Source of the DNA: an uncultured Pseudomonadales bacterium
GTDB taxonomy: Bacteria; Patescibacteriota; Microgenomatia; UBA1400; UBA1396
NCBI GenBank assembly: GCA_964447905.1
Contig: CAYUUK010000002.1
Span: forward strand, 21,176 to 85,175
Direction: 5' to 3'
DNA: 64,000 nt
Shown: piece after piece, positions 39,093 to 48,191 of the stretch
How positions within the stretch are numbered: the first letter of the stretch is position 1
Layout: every line of letters begins with the position of its first letter
Translations under genes and position numbers: made by a program
Notes under the pieces: generated by a model
The model's database searches: none
Seen by the model: only the letters and a program-made list of their open reading frames with translations
What the model was told of the DNA's origin: nothing

Positions 39093-39354
39093 AATAGTTT
39101 CGGACTATTTATTCAATCGTTCAATTCTACTTGTTCAAGAGCAAACACAAAATATAGTGCCTTACAAGCAAGCATGGTACTAGGTGTAGCGTTTTCGATC
39201 AAGTGGTAGTTTTTTAGCGCAAATGCTAGTATAGGCAATGACTGTACTGTAACAAAAGATGTATTCGGATCACTTATTAAGCGTGCAACACAATCCCTTC
39301 CATAAGAAAATGGAAAATGTGCTGATGAGAATTGCAAGCATTGTAACGAAAGCC

Positions 39355-39479
39355 TGAGAAACAGCGTGATACGTTCCGTTGATCGAACGCTTCAGCTGTG
39401 ACCAAAATCCCTCGATAGATTTGGTGTGTACTTCACCTATGACATACTGTTTTCTTCCGTATGTTCTATCAACTTCCAC
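39355..39479 (-). mobile_element. IS1595-family transposase remnant
   Basis: QYVIGEVHTKSIEGFWSQLKRSINGTYHAVS matches the IS1595 C-terminal (HTNTIEGFWS.LKR.I.GTYH.VS) signature; both ends are missing. Confidence 0.8.
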
Positions 39480-39534
39480 CCTCCCGGTACATCTTCCCTG
39501 GCCATACCACTAAAGTACTGTATAATAAACTTCC

Positions 39535-41256
39535 ATGAGCAATCATGGCACTTCATCTTCAACCTCTTCCAAAAAGAAGCCCTACGCGCCAATCGGATAT
39601 ATCTTTATATCTGGGGGAGTTTTGTCGTCTCTCGGTAAAGGAACGACCACTGCTTCGGTAGCATACCTCCTCAAATCGCGAGGGTATCGTGTCTCGATTG
39701 TGAAGTGTGAAAACTATCTCAACATCGATGCTGGCCTTATTAACCCGATCGAACACGGCGACGCCTTCCTCTGTGAAGACGGGACCGAGTCCGACATGGA
39801 CCTCGGCACCTACGAGCGTTTTCTGGGTCAAGAAATGGGTCTCCATAACTTCGTTACTATGGGACAGGTCTACAAAAGCGTGATCGAGCGCGAACGCGCC
39901 TTTGGCTACGACGGCGAAGACGTGGAAGCCGTCCCGCACGTTACCGACGAAATCATCAGCCGCATCAACAATGCCGGAGAGCGCGACAACGCCGAGATCA
40001 TCATCATCGAACTCGGTGGCACCGCTGGTGAGTACCAAAATATTTTGTACTACGAAGCCTCTCGTATTCTGGACTACAGTAGCGAAACACCAGTGGTCCA
40101 CGTGCACGTCAGCTACATGCCCACCCCCTCTCACATTGGCGAACCAAAAACGAAACCCACGCAGCTCTCGGTCAAACAGCTCAACTCCATGGCCATTCAG
40201 CCGGACTTTATCGTCGCTCGGGCTAAGAAGCCTATCGACGAACGCCGCCGCGAACGCTTTGCGCTGTTCTGTCACGTCAAACACGACCACGTGATCGACA
40301 GCCCAGACCTGGAAACCATTTACGGCATTCCCATGGTCTTCGCTGACCAAGAGTTCGACACCAAACTCTTAGCCGCCATGGACATCAAAAAGCCCCGCCA
40401 GCGTAAGATACAGGAATGGACCGAGTATGTAGAAAAAGTGCGCGGTCCCAAAGAGCACATCTCGCGCATCGGCATCATCGGCAAGTACTTTGCCACTGGT
40501 GACTACGAACTGCGCGACTCCTACGCGGCCTTACTCGAAGCCCTCAATCACGCCAGCGTCGCCGCCGACACCGAAAGCGAAATCGTCTGGATCAACAGTG
40601 AGCAGCTCGAGAAAGTCGAAGACCCAGACACCCTCCTCAAAGACCTCGATGGCATCATTGTGCCGATCGGCTGGGGAGAGCGGGGAGTAGAGGGCAAGAT
40701 TCGTGGAATTCAATATGCCCGCGAAAACAAAGTACCGTACCTCGGACTCTGCTATGGCATGCAGCTGGCAGCCGTGGAGTTTGCCCGCAACGTAGTCGCC
40801 TGGAAAGACGCGCACACCGAAGAAGTCAATCCACAATCGAAACACAACGTGGTCCACATCATTCCCGAACAGCAACGCATTATGGAAAACCGCGCCTATG
40901 GCGGTACGATGCGCCTGGGTGGTTGGGACTGTCTGTTGAAAAAAGACACCCACACCTTTGAAATCTATCAAGACACCGCACACATACTCGACGCCAAACG
41001 CGGTCTTATTTCCGAACGCCATCGCCATCGCTACGAGTTCAACGACGAATTTGCAGAAGAAATGGAGAAGGCTGGGTTAGTAATTGCTGGACGCTCAGTC
41101 AAAGAAAACCTGGTAGAGTTCATTGAGCTGCCCCAAGAAGAACATCCATTCTTTGTCGCCACACAGGGACACCCAGAGTATAAATCTCGTCCGCTTGACC
41201 CGCACCCGCTATTTGTGGCCTTTATGAACGCCTCCGTCAAGCAAAACGAAAAATAG
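39535..41256 (+). CDS. pyrG: CTP synthase
   Basis: GGVLSSLGKG, DMDLGTYERF, KTKPTQ, GLCYGMQ, ERHRHRYE and HPE motifs. Confidence 0.98.
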   Translation: MSNHGTSSSTSSKKKPYAPIGYIFISGGVLSSLGKGTTTASVAYLLKSRGYRVSIVKCENYLNIDAGLINPIEHGDAFLCEDGTESDMDLGTYERFLGQEMGLHNFVTMGQVYKSVIERERAFGYDGEDVEAVPHVTDEIISRINNAGERDNAEIIIIELGGTAGEYQNILYYEASRILDYSSETPVVHVHVSYMPTPSHIGEPKTKPTQLSVKQLNSMAIQPDFIVARAKKPIDERRRERFALFCHVKHDHVIDSPDLETIYGIPMVFADQEFDTKLLAAMDIKKPRQRKIQEWTEYVEKVRGPKEHISRIGIIGKYFATGDYELRDSYAALLEALNHASVAADTESEIVWINSEQLEKVEDPDTLLKDLDGIIVPIGWGERGVEGKIRGIQYARENKVPYLGLCYGMQLAAVEFARNVVAWKDAHTEEVNPQSKHNVVHIIPEQQRIMENRAYGGTMRLGGWDCLLKKDTHTFEIYQDTAHILDAKRGLISERHRHRYEFNDEFAEEMEKAGLVIAGRSVKENLVEFIELPQEEHPFFVATQGHPEYKSRPLDPHPLFVAFMNASVKQNEK

Positions 41257-41325
41257 ACCTATAGCAAAGAGGAAGAGTGTGGTACAATACTTTCCTCGAC
41301 AACGTGAATTCCGTAAGGACTATTT

Positions 41326-41661
41326 ATGAGCAAATACGCAACCGTACATAACACAAACATTTCTGTTGGCGACATCGTACGTGTCGGCCAAAAGATTGAA
41401 GAAGGTGGAAAAACCCGTACTCAGGTTTTTGAGGGCGTGGTCATCGCTATCAGTGGCCGTGGAAGTGGACAATCTTTTACCGTCCGTAAAATTGCCGCTG
41501 GTGGAATTGGTGTTGAGCGTATTTTCCCTGTACACAGCCCAATGGTGGAAAGCCTTACTCTCAAGCAAGCTGGTAAAGTCAATCGTGCCAAGCTCTTCTA
41601 CCTGCGTGATCGCGTCGGTAAAGCTGCTACTTCTATCAAGAAGCGTATTGTTACCAACTAA
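41326..41661 (+). CDS. rplS: 50S ribosomal protein L19
   Basis: [37 protein letters not shown]. Confidence 0.98.
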   Translation: MSKYATVHNTNISVGDIVRVGQKIEEGGKTRTQVFEGVVIAISGRGSGQSFTVRKIAAGGIGVERIFPVHSPMVESLTLKQAGKVNRAKLFYLRDRVGKAATSIKKRIVTN

Positions 41662-41753
41662 TACCTGCTTTTTTCACAGACAGAACAACACTTCTTTTCT
41701 TTAGACTGAAAAATTGTTACTTTTTCGTGCGTTTTTTTTGGCATGCTCACTGT

Positions 41754-42173
41754 ATGTCAAAAACACGCACCATCTCAACTCCTGTCTCAGCACCTGTATC
41801 AACTACTGTCCGCGGCCAAGCAGCAGAAAGCATTGCCGTGGAGTACCTACGCAAAAAAGACTTCCGTATCATCCGCAGAAACGTACACACTCCGTACGGG
41901 GAAATCGATATTATTGCTAAACAAGGAAAAGAGTATGTGTGTGTAGAGGTACGTTCGCGCACGCACGAGTCGCAAATTGCCCCAGAAACAACACTCTCGC
42001 CACAAAAATACCAGCGAATTATTCGCTCAATAATCAGCGTCCCTTGGCTCAATAACAAACCAGTCCGCATCGACTTTATTACCGTTTTGAAAGACTCAGT
42101 GCAGCACCACTATCGCGATCTTCGCTGGGACTCACTGTGTGCGGGCCATAAACTGCAGTACTCTTTCTCGTAA
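41754..42173 (+). CDS. yraN: YraN family (UPF0102) PD-(D/E)xK nuclease-like protein
   Basis: GQAAE..YL..RN..GEIDII..VEVRSR. Confidence 0.9.
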   Translation: MSKTRTISTPVSAPVSTTVRGQAAESIAVEYLRKKDFRIIRRNVHTPYGEIDIIAKQGKEYVCVEVRSRTHESQIAPETTLSPQKYQRIIRSIISVPWLNNKPVRIDFITVLKDSVQHHYRDLRWDSLCAGHKLQYSFS

Positions 42174-43106
42174 ATCGGGGAGCGCAAAACCGTAGGCATT
42201 GAGCACTTCCTCAGCTGATCCGGACTCCCCAAAGGTGTCAGCAACACCAATAATCTCTAGAGGTGTAGGTCGAGTTTGACTGAGCACTTCGGCGACAATT
42301 GAACCGAGGCCTCCATACTGTTGGTGTTCTTCGAGAGTAACAATACGTTTGGACTGCAGAGCAATTACCTGCAAGGCGTGGGCATCAATTGGCTTGAGCG
42401 TGTAGACACCAACTACACCCACAGACAGTCCGTCTTCCTCCAGTTCGTAGGCGAGCTGCAGCGCGCGGTCGATCATAATTCCCATTGCCACGATAGTGAG
42501 ATCTGAACCGGGTCGAAACTCAACCATCTCACCAAAGGGAACTGTTCCCTCACCTAAGAGTGAGCGAGTTTTTGCGCGAGACAAACGAATGTAAGCAGGC
42601 GAGTGCCGCGTGGCAATCGCCGCGGTTAAGCTGCGAGCAGAAAAGTAGTCACTTGGTACAACAATCTCCATATTGGGAAGAGCACGAATCATAGCCACAT
42701 CAGCATTCATTTGGTGCGTAGCGCCATCTGGCCCTACAGACAGACCAGCATGACCCCCAACAACTTTCACCGCGTTATTGGAGTAACAGACACTCACTCG
42801 AATCTGGTCATAGGTTCGGCCAGGCGAGAAAGCAGAAAAACTGCCAGCAAAAGGAATGAGACCTTCTTTGGCCATGCCCGCAGCCATCCCAATAAGATTC
42901 TGTTCAGCCACGCCGACTTCAAACGCGCGATCAGGAAATGCTTCGGCAAACTGATCCATACGGAGTGAACCAGCTAAATCTGCCGTGAGCGTTACCACAT
43001 TCCAGTGTTTTCGCCCCAGTTCAACGAGCATTTCTCCAAAACCATCTCGAATACTATTCAAGGGAGCAGAGTGAAACTGGTCAGATGAAACAGGGTGTCT
43101 AATCAT
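42132..43106 (-). CDS. Transketolase, C-terminal subunit
   Basis: ADLAGS, GVAEQNL, GPDGATHQ, PAYIRL, EEHQ..GGLG and DTFGESG motifs. Confidence 0.95.
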   Translation of the reverse strand: MIRHPVSSDQFHSAPLNSIRDGFGEMLVELGRKHWNVVTLTADLAGSLRMDQFAEAFPDRAFEVGVAEQNLIGMAAGMAKEGLIPFAGSFSAFSPGRTYDQIRVSVCYSNNAVKVVGGHAGLSVGPDGATHQMNADVAMIRALPNMEIVVPSDYFSARSLTAAIATRHSPAYIRLSRAKTRSLLGEGTVPFGEMVEFRPGSDLTIVAMGIMIDRALQLAYELEEDGLSVGVVGVYTLKPIDAHALQVIALQSKRIVTLEEHQQYGGLGSIVAEVLSQTRPTPLEIIGVADTFGESGSAEEVLNAYGFALPDLRERVLQFMARTQ

Positions 43107-43944
43107 CGTGAATATTCTCCAGTGTGTGATCAAGTGTCTGCACTTCGTTGAGTGCGCGACGTGCCTCAGCGGGTGAGGCGTGATAGTCATGCCAAGAAAA
43201 CTTTCCTTCCATAAAGCTCACTCCTCTGCCTGGTTCGGTATAGGCAATAATAACGGAAGGATCCCCATCAGCCTTAGCCTCTTGGAGAGCATGGAAAATA
43301 GCCTCATGATCATGTCCATTAATTTCGTATACCCGCCACCCAAAAGCCGCTATCTTGTCGCGGAGTGGTTCCAGAGGCAGTACATTCTCGGTCACACCGG
43401 AAATCTGTGTGTAGTTGCGATCAATCAAAACCGTGACATTATCGGTGTGGTACTTGGCTCCTGCTAAATACGCTTCCCAGGTTTGTCCTTCCTGATGCTC
43501 ACCATCACTGGTAAAAACATAGATGTGGTGTTTTCGACGCAAAAACTGGGCGGCTACAGCCATACCGATTGCTTGCGACAGTCCTTGTCCGAGTGGACCA
43601 GAGCTCGTCTCAATTCCTAATGACTCATTTTGGTGAGGGTGACCTTGCAAAGTGGCTCCCACTTGCCGTAACTGCCACAATTCCTCTTCAGGGAAGTATC
43701 CATGCAGCGCTAAAGTCGCGTAGAGAACTGGACAAGTGTGGCCATTTGAGAGCACGACTCGATCACGGTGCTGCCACGTTGGTTGTTTCGGTTTGTGTTC
43801 CAGGACCTGTCGGTAGAGTACCGCAAACAAGTCAGTCATGCCGAGCGGTCCACCCGCATGGCCTGAGCCAGCACGCTGCAGCATGGAAAGTATCAACTCG
43901 CGAATGCGTTGCGCATCATCTTGTGTGGAAAGTCGGGCAGACAT
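43099..43944 (-). CDS. Transketolase, N-terminal (TPP-binding) subunit
   Basis: GSGHAGG, RDRVVLSNGH, LQGHP, GPLGQGLS and SDGEHQEGQTWEA motifs; ATG 6 nt after TACAAT. Confidence 0.95.
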   Translation of the reverse strand: MSARLSTQDDAQRIRELILSMLQRAGSGHAGGPLGMTDLFAVLYRQVLEHKPKQPTWQHRDRVVLSNGHTCPVLYATLALHGYFPEEELWQLRQVGATLQGHPHQNESLGIETSSGPLGQGLSQAIGMAVAAQFLRRKHHIYVFTSDGEHQEGQTWEAYLAGAKYHTDNVTVLIDRNYTQISGVTENVLPLEPLRDKIAAFGWRVYEINGHDHEAIFHALQEAKADGDPSVIIAYTEPGRGVSFMEGKFSWHDYHASPAEARRALNEVQTLDHTLENIHDD

Positions 43945-43948
43945 ACGC

Positions 43949-44761
43949 CTATTGTAGCGAGTCTGGGGATGGCTGGAAAGTCTCGGAAGCATTTCTCTGC
44001 TGATGAGCAAATTCTGCGTCGTCATCAGTAGCGGACTCATTCCAGCGCTCCATCATTCGCTGATAGGTATTTACTAAAGAGCGAATGAGCATAATCAATA
44101 AACTAAAACAAAATGTAGTAATTACGAACAATTTCTTACCGGCTGGTAAAAAGGCAAAAATCATAAATGACACCAAAGGCAGAACTAACTGCACACGAAC
44201 CACCTCAGAACGAGACACATGGTACGGCGAGGTAATCACATTGATGGTCTCAATTAAGAAAATAAGGAAGGCTTGCAGTACATTTAATTGCCAATCTGGA
44301 TGCGTCAAGTCAAATCTCCCAAGGAACATGAGATTAAACGGCTCACTGATTTCTGGCATCCAATCGTAGAGTAAATGCAGGTCCTCACCAGAGAGACCAG
44401 TGGCAAAAATCCTCCAGAGAATCAAGGCAATCGCCACTTGAACGATAAACATAAACGCCTCTGCTAACATGATGCGAGGATTTGACCGGAGAAAACGCTT
44501 CACGGCTTGTTTTTCTTCAACCGGCTGACCTTGATACGCCTCACGAATCTCGTTTACTTTCTTCTGAATATGGCGTCGCTCTTTTTCAGAGCGGTGGCTG
44601 GCCAGTGTAATTGGTAGCAACAGCAAACGGAAGACTATGGTCAACAAAATAACCGCAATACCCATATCCCCACCAACTGGCGTCAGATCAAGTACCCAGT
44701 AGAAAAACACCAGTAAATTCAAAAAAGGCTGATAAATAATACTCGTAAAAATAGCAAACAT
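43949..44761 (-). CDS. yidC: YidC/Oxa1 family membrane protein (divergent)
   Basis: GIAVILLTIVFRLLLLPI, coiled-coil loop, FLGRFDLT and LPAG motifs. Confidence 0.8.
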   Translation of the reverse strand: MFAIFTSIIYQPFLNLLVFFYWVLDLTPVGGDMGIAVILLTIVFRLLLLPITLASHRSEKERRHIQKKVNEIREAYQGQPVEEKQAVKRFLRSNPRIMLAEAFMFIVQVAIALILWRIFATGLSGEDLHLLYDWMPEISEPFNLMFLGRFDLTHPDWQLNVLQAFLIFLIETINVITSPYHVSRSEVVRVQLVLPLVSFMIFAFLPAGKKLFVITTFCFSLLIMLIRSLVNTYQRMMERWNESATDDDAEFAHQQRNASETFQPSPDSLQ

Positions 44762-44782
44762 ACTGTGTCTGACTCTTCCTCT

Positions 44783-45304
44783 TTACTTGGCTTTCTGACA
44801 GCGCAGAATCTGAGTCGTAGAAACCTGAGGATTGTGTTTGTAGACTACTTCTAGTCTACCACCGAACTCAGCGAGAATCGCTTGCTTTTTATCCTGGTGA
44901 GGAGAGTGGCTCGAAACTGCCAAGATATCTGGACGAATAACAGCAATAAGTGAGCGATGATGCTGTGGAGCCGAGAAGGACTCGGGCAAAATACCGGCAG
45001 TATCCACGGAAGGAAAACGCAAAACCTGCTCCAGACGCGTCTGCTGCAACTGACGTGGGCGATCATCACCCTTCAAAAGCCGCACCCGCGCATCCGACTC
45101 AATGCCCACCATTAAACGGTCACCTCGTTCTTTTGCTGCCCTCAGGAAATTTTGGTGTTCCTCATGAAACAAATCAAATACGCCCGTTACGAAAACAATT
45201 GTCTGTCCTGCTGCTTTCCACTCGTTGATCTGCTCAGCTAGTGCGAGCAGTACTTCACGTTCTTCGTGGCTCCAGTCGTCTGGAAAATTAGTATTTGACT
45301 TCAT
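44783..45304 (-). CDS. Cytidylyltransferase-family protein (RfaE/TagD-like)
   Basis: VFVTGVFDLFHEEH (HxGH variant), KGDDRP and STT motifs. Confidence 0.85.
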   Translation of the reverse strand: MKSNTNFPDDWSHEEREVLLALAEQINEWKAAGQTIVFVTGVFDLFHEEHQNFLRAAKERGDRLMVGIESDARVRLLKGDDRPRQLQQTRLEQVLRFPSVDTAGILPESFSAPQHHRSLIAVIRPDILAVSSHSPHQDKKQAILAEFGGRLEVVYKHNPQVSTTQILRCQKAK

Positions 45305-46257
45305 TCTACCCCAAGTTCTTGGCATATTTTCTCATACCGATCGAGTGTCTGCTGTTGTGTATCGCTCGGGTGGAAAAAGGCACGATCAAAGGACACCTCT
45401 TCGCGACTCTGCTTGCGGCGAATTGAAACCATCTGTATCTGATAGAGAAGGTGGTTCAGTGCACTCCAAAGCTGTTCAGGCACCCAACGATCCCACCGGA
45501 GAATTGGTCGTGAATACGTACGCTTGGCCGCATATTTCCCGGCAATCCAGCCAGTTAGACACCACTTTTGTACCCAAATGTTTTCGGTATAAAAAGCCGA
45601 CACATCCTGCCCCCAGCGCCGATACACGGGCACCGCTTGAATGATTTCACGGGCGGTATACACATTCTGACGACCCGCTCCTAAACGCTGCGCTGGTGAC
45701 TCAAGCCAAATATTACAGCACCACTGGTCTTGTAACTGAGAAGCACGGTGATAAAAAGAGAAACGATACTTACCTAGCAAAATACCAATCGAGATCACTA
45801 AAGCTCTTACCAACCATAATCGCTGGGGTGACGTTATAAAAAGCACATCAATATCATCAGTTTCCCGCGCACTTCCAACTGCCACGCTTCCGGTGATCCA
45901 GATGGAGTCTATCCAGGGAATCCAGGACAGGGTGGTGACGAGGGAGGTGATTGCGCGCCACTTTTCCTTGGAAAAGTGGCGCGCACCCCCACGCAACACA
46001 CTTTCCACATACGCTGCAGAGACCGCATTTTTTTGCAAAGAAACAAGAGCTGAGTGAAGCTCAGACTGTGAAAACACCTGATCAGAAATTACGTATCGCG
46101 AGAGCTCACCAACGGTTAAGCGACCACGAAACAGAGAAGCGTACACCAGCGTACGTAAAACAGCTTTTTCGGTTGGAGTCCATTGTGGCTTCACTCGTTT
46201 TAGTCTAGAGCTCACTTCCGAGAAGTCAAGCTGTCGACACATTGAAAAAGAATACAC
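45301..46257 (-). CDS. Pol-beta-type nucleotidyltransferase-fold protein
   Basis: ITGSVA..DDIDVLFIT (GS..DxD) motif; start uncertain; overlaps the next gene by 4 nt. Confidence 0.75.
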   Translation of the reverse strand: MYSFSMCRQLDFSEVSSRLKRVKPQWTPTEKAVLRTLVYASLFRGRLTVGELSRYVISDQVFSQSELHSALVSLQKNAVSAAYVESVLRGGARHFSKEKWRAITSLVTTLSWIPWIDSIWITGSVAVGSARETDDIDVLFITSPQRLWLVRALVISIGILLGKYRFSFYHRASQLQDQWCCNIWLESPAQRLGAGRQNVYTAREIIQAVPVYRRWGQDVSAFYTENIWVQKWCLTGWIAGKYAAKRTYSRPILRWDRWVPEQLWSALNHLLYQIQMVSIRRKQSREEVSFDRAFFHPSDTQQQTLDRYEKICQELGVE

Positions 46258-46264
46258 TCACGCT

Positions 46265-48133
46265 TTACTGAGTTGTCGCGGGAGCGGGGGCAGGGATAGC
46301 ATAGCGAGAAAGCACTTGTTGTACACCTGGTGCTATCTGCTGCAGAGCACGCTCTACGTTTCCACTCCCAGTATTGGAAGCATTTATGGCATCAGTGTAG
46401 TACTGAATCATTTGATCATTGAGACCCTCATCATGCGTCATAGAAGCCATGAACCAAGATCGAGCATACAGCGCATCTTCAAGGTATGGCTGGATGAGCG
46501 GATTCGTTGTCAGTGCTTCTGCCATCTCCACACGTGGATAGAGTTCTCCAAATGCCCGATAGGCAGCTCCAGCGTCATGGAAATCACGTAGCTGTTCTTC
46601 TTCTGCTAAGTATGCTAAAAATTTCCAAGCTTCCTGCTTATTGCGCGAGGCTTCACTCACACCTTCCACCCAGTAAGTTCCCCAGGTAACAGTTGTTCCA
46701 CCAAGCTGTGGAGTTCGCACCGCACCAATACTAAGATTCGGATTGGCTCTCTGAATCTCGAAAATCCTCCAGGAAGGAGCAAATATCATGGCCACCTGCT
46801 CATTGGCGAAAGCTGAAACCGAGTTCGGGAAGGTGTCATCCCACACACCGTCCTGTGCAGAAAATACGGTGTAGAAAGAAACCGCATCCCGCACATTATC
46901 ACTCGTTGGGTCTGCTGGGTTTGCTGAGTTTTGCAGCATCATCAAACCAAGAATGTCCGAAAAATGATCGACATTCTCTGCTGTGCCTAAAGCAATACCG
47001 GCTCGTTGAATACGATCTCCATCACGGATAGTGAGTTGAGAAGCGGCTGATCGTACTTGATTCCAATCTTGAGGTGGCTGCACCCCCGCTGACTGGAACA
47101 TGTTCTGGTTGTACAGCAACACAAGGCCTTCATACATAAGTGGAACACCATATACCGAGTCATTTATAACCAGGTCACGCTCCATAATTGGGTAGAAATT
47201 CTGTGAAATGTACTCGCCAGTTATCACAGAGTTTGGAGCGGGGGCAAGATCGTCGCGAACCATAGGCATCCAGGTGTTGTGATAGCGGAAAATATCTGGA
47301 CCAGAACCATCACGGATAGCGGTCTGCACTCGCTGGCGATACTGATCGCTGCGCTGTTGTACATAATTAATAGTTATTCCAGGATTTTCTGCTTCGTACG
47401 CATCGATAAGTGGCTGCATCACTTCTTCTGGTTCCCACAACCCCCAATAGGTGAGGGTGGTAGTACGCGTATTGGCTGGTGCCGTTGAAGAATCAGTTAC
47501 CACTGAAGTAGGCTGTGGAGCAAGAAACTGCGTGTACGCAAATACTCCACCGGCAATCAAAAGTACGACCAGCGCCCCAATTCCACCAAATAAAAACAAA
47601 CGGTTTTGACGCAAACTGTCTAAGAAACCACCGGTTCGAGCCGCCTTCATTTGCGGAGGAGTGTTTCCACCGCCATCTGATCCTCCTGCGGCAGCAGCAG
47701 GAGCTGATGAGAAGCCGATATTCTCTTGCGGTACATCATTAGAAACAGCGCCTGCTGGCGCAGTAGCGCCGGCATCAGAAGGTGGCATTGGAGACTGACT
47801 CGCATTTTGCGGCGCACTCATATCCTGAAAAGGAGCAGCACTGACAGACTGCAAATTCTGCAGCAAGCGGCTCGAAACTTCTGGTTGAGCTGCTGTTGGT
47901 GAAGGTGTCGAAGAGCTCGCAACTGGTTGCGCTGCAGGCATAGGTGTGGGTGATAAGGGCGGGGCAGGTGGTGCAGCTGGCGCTGGAACAGTTGCTGGAC
48001 TCGCGGCATTGGGCTGACTCTGGGGAGAGATGGGCCCAGCGCTAGGTTCGACAGAAGTCGAAGGCGCTTGAGAAGGAAGCGGTGTTTGATCACTCGGAAG
48101 TGAGGGTTGTGGTAGGTTTTGCGCGTCAGCCAT
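46265..48133 (-). CDS. Sugar ABC-type extracellular solute-binding protein with Pro-rich N-terminal region and TM anchor
   Basis: LTYWG, YEAENPGITI, GPDIF, YGVP, LLYN and VAMIF family-1 SBP motifs after a single TM. Confidence 0.88.
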   Translation of the reverse strand: MADAQNLPQPSLPSDQTPLPSQAPSTSVEPSAGPISPQSQPNAASPATVPAPAAPPAPPLSPTPMPAAQPVASSSTPSPTAAQPEVSSRLLQNLQSVSAAPFQDMSAPQNASQSPMPPSDAGATAPAGAVSNDVPQENIGFSSAPAAAAGGSDGGGNTPPQMKAARTGGFLDSLRQNRLFLFGGIGALVVLLIAGGVFAYTQFLAPQPTSVVTDSSTAPANTRTTTLTYWGLWEPEEVMQPLIDAYEAENPGITINYVQQRSDQYRQRVQTAIRDGSGPDIFRYHNTWMPMVRDDLAPAPNSVITGEYISQNFYPIMERDLVINDSVYGVPLMYEGLVLLYNQNMFQSAGVQPPQDWNQVRSAASQLTIRDGDRIQRAGIALGTAENVDHFSDILGLMMLQNSANPADPTSDNVRDAVSFYTVFSAQDGVWDDTFPNSVSAFANEQVAMIFAPSWRIFEIQRANPNLSIGAVRTPQLGGTTVTWGTYWVEGVSEASRNKQEAWKFLAYLAEEEQLRDFHDAGAAYRAFGELYPRVEMAEALTTNPLIQPYLEDALYARSWFMASMTHDEGLNDQMIQYYTDAINASNTGSGNVERALQQIAPGVQQVLSRYAIPAPAPATTQ

Positions 48134-48191
48134 AAAAGAGCAGGTATTTTTATTACTCAGTTCAGTATAATGTGAGAACGAAGAACAAACA

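Noticed and set aside
42132-42173. Convergent 3' overlaps (yraN/transketolase; SPFH/radC at 63732-63765)
   Set aside because: Short tail-to-tail overlaps are ordinary in compact genomes.
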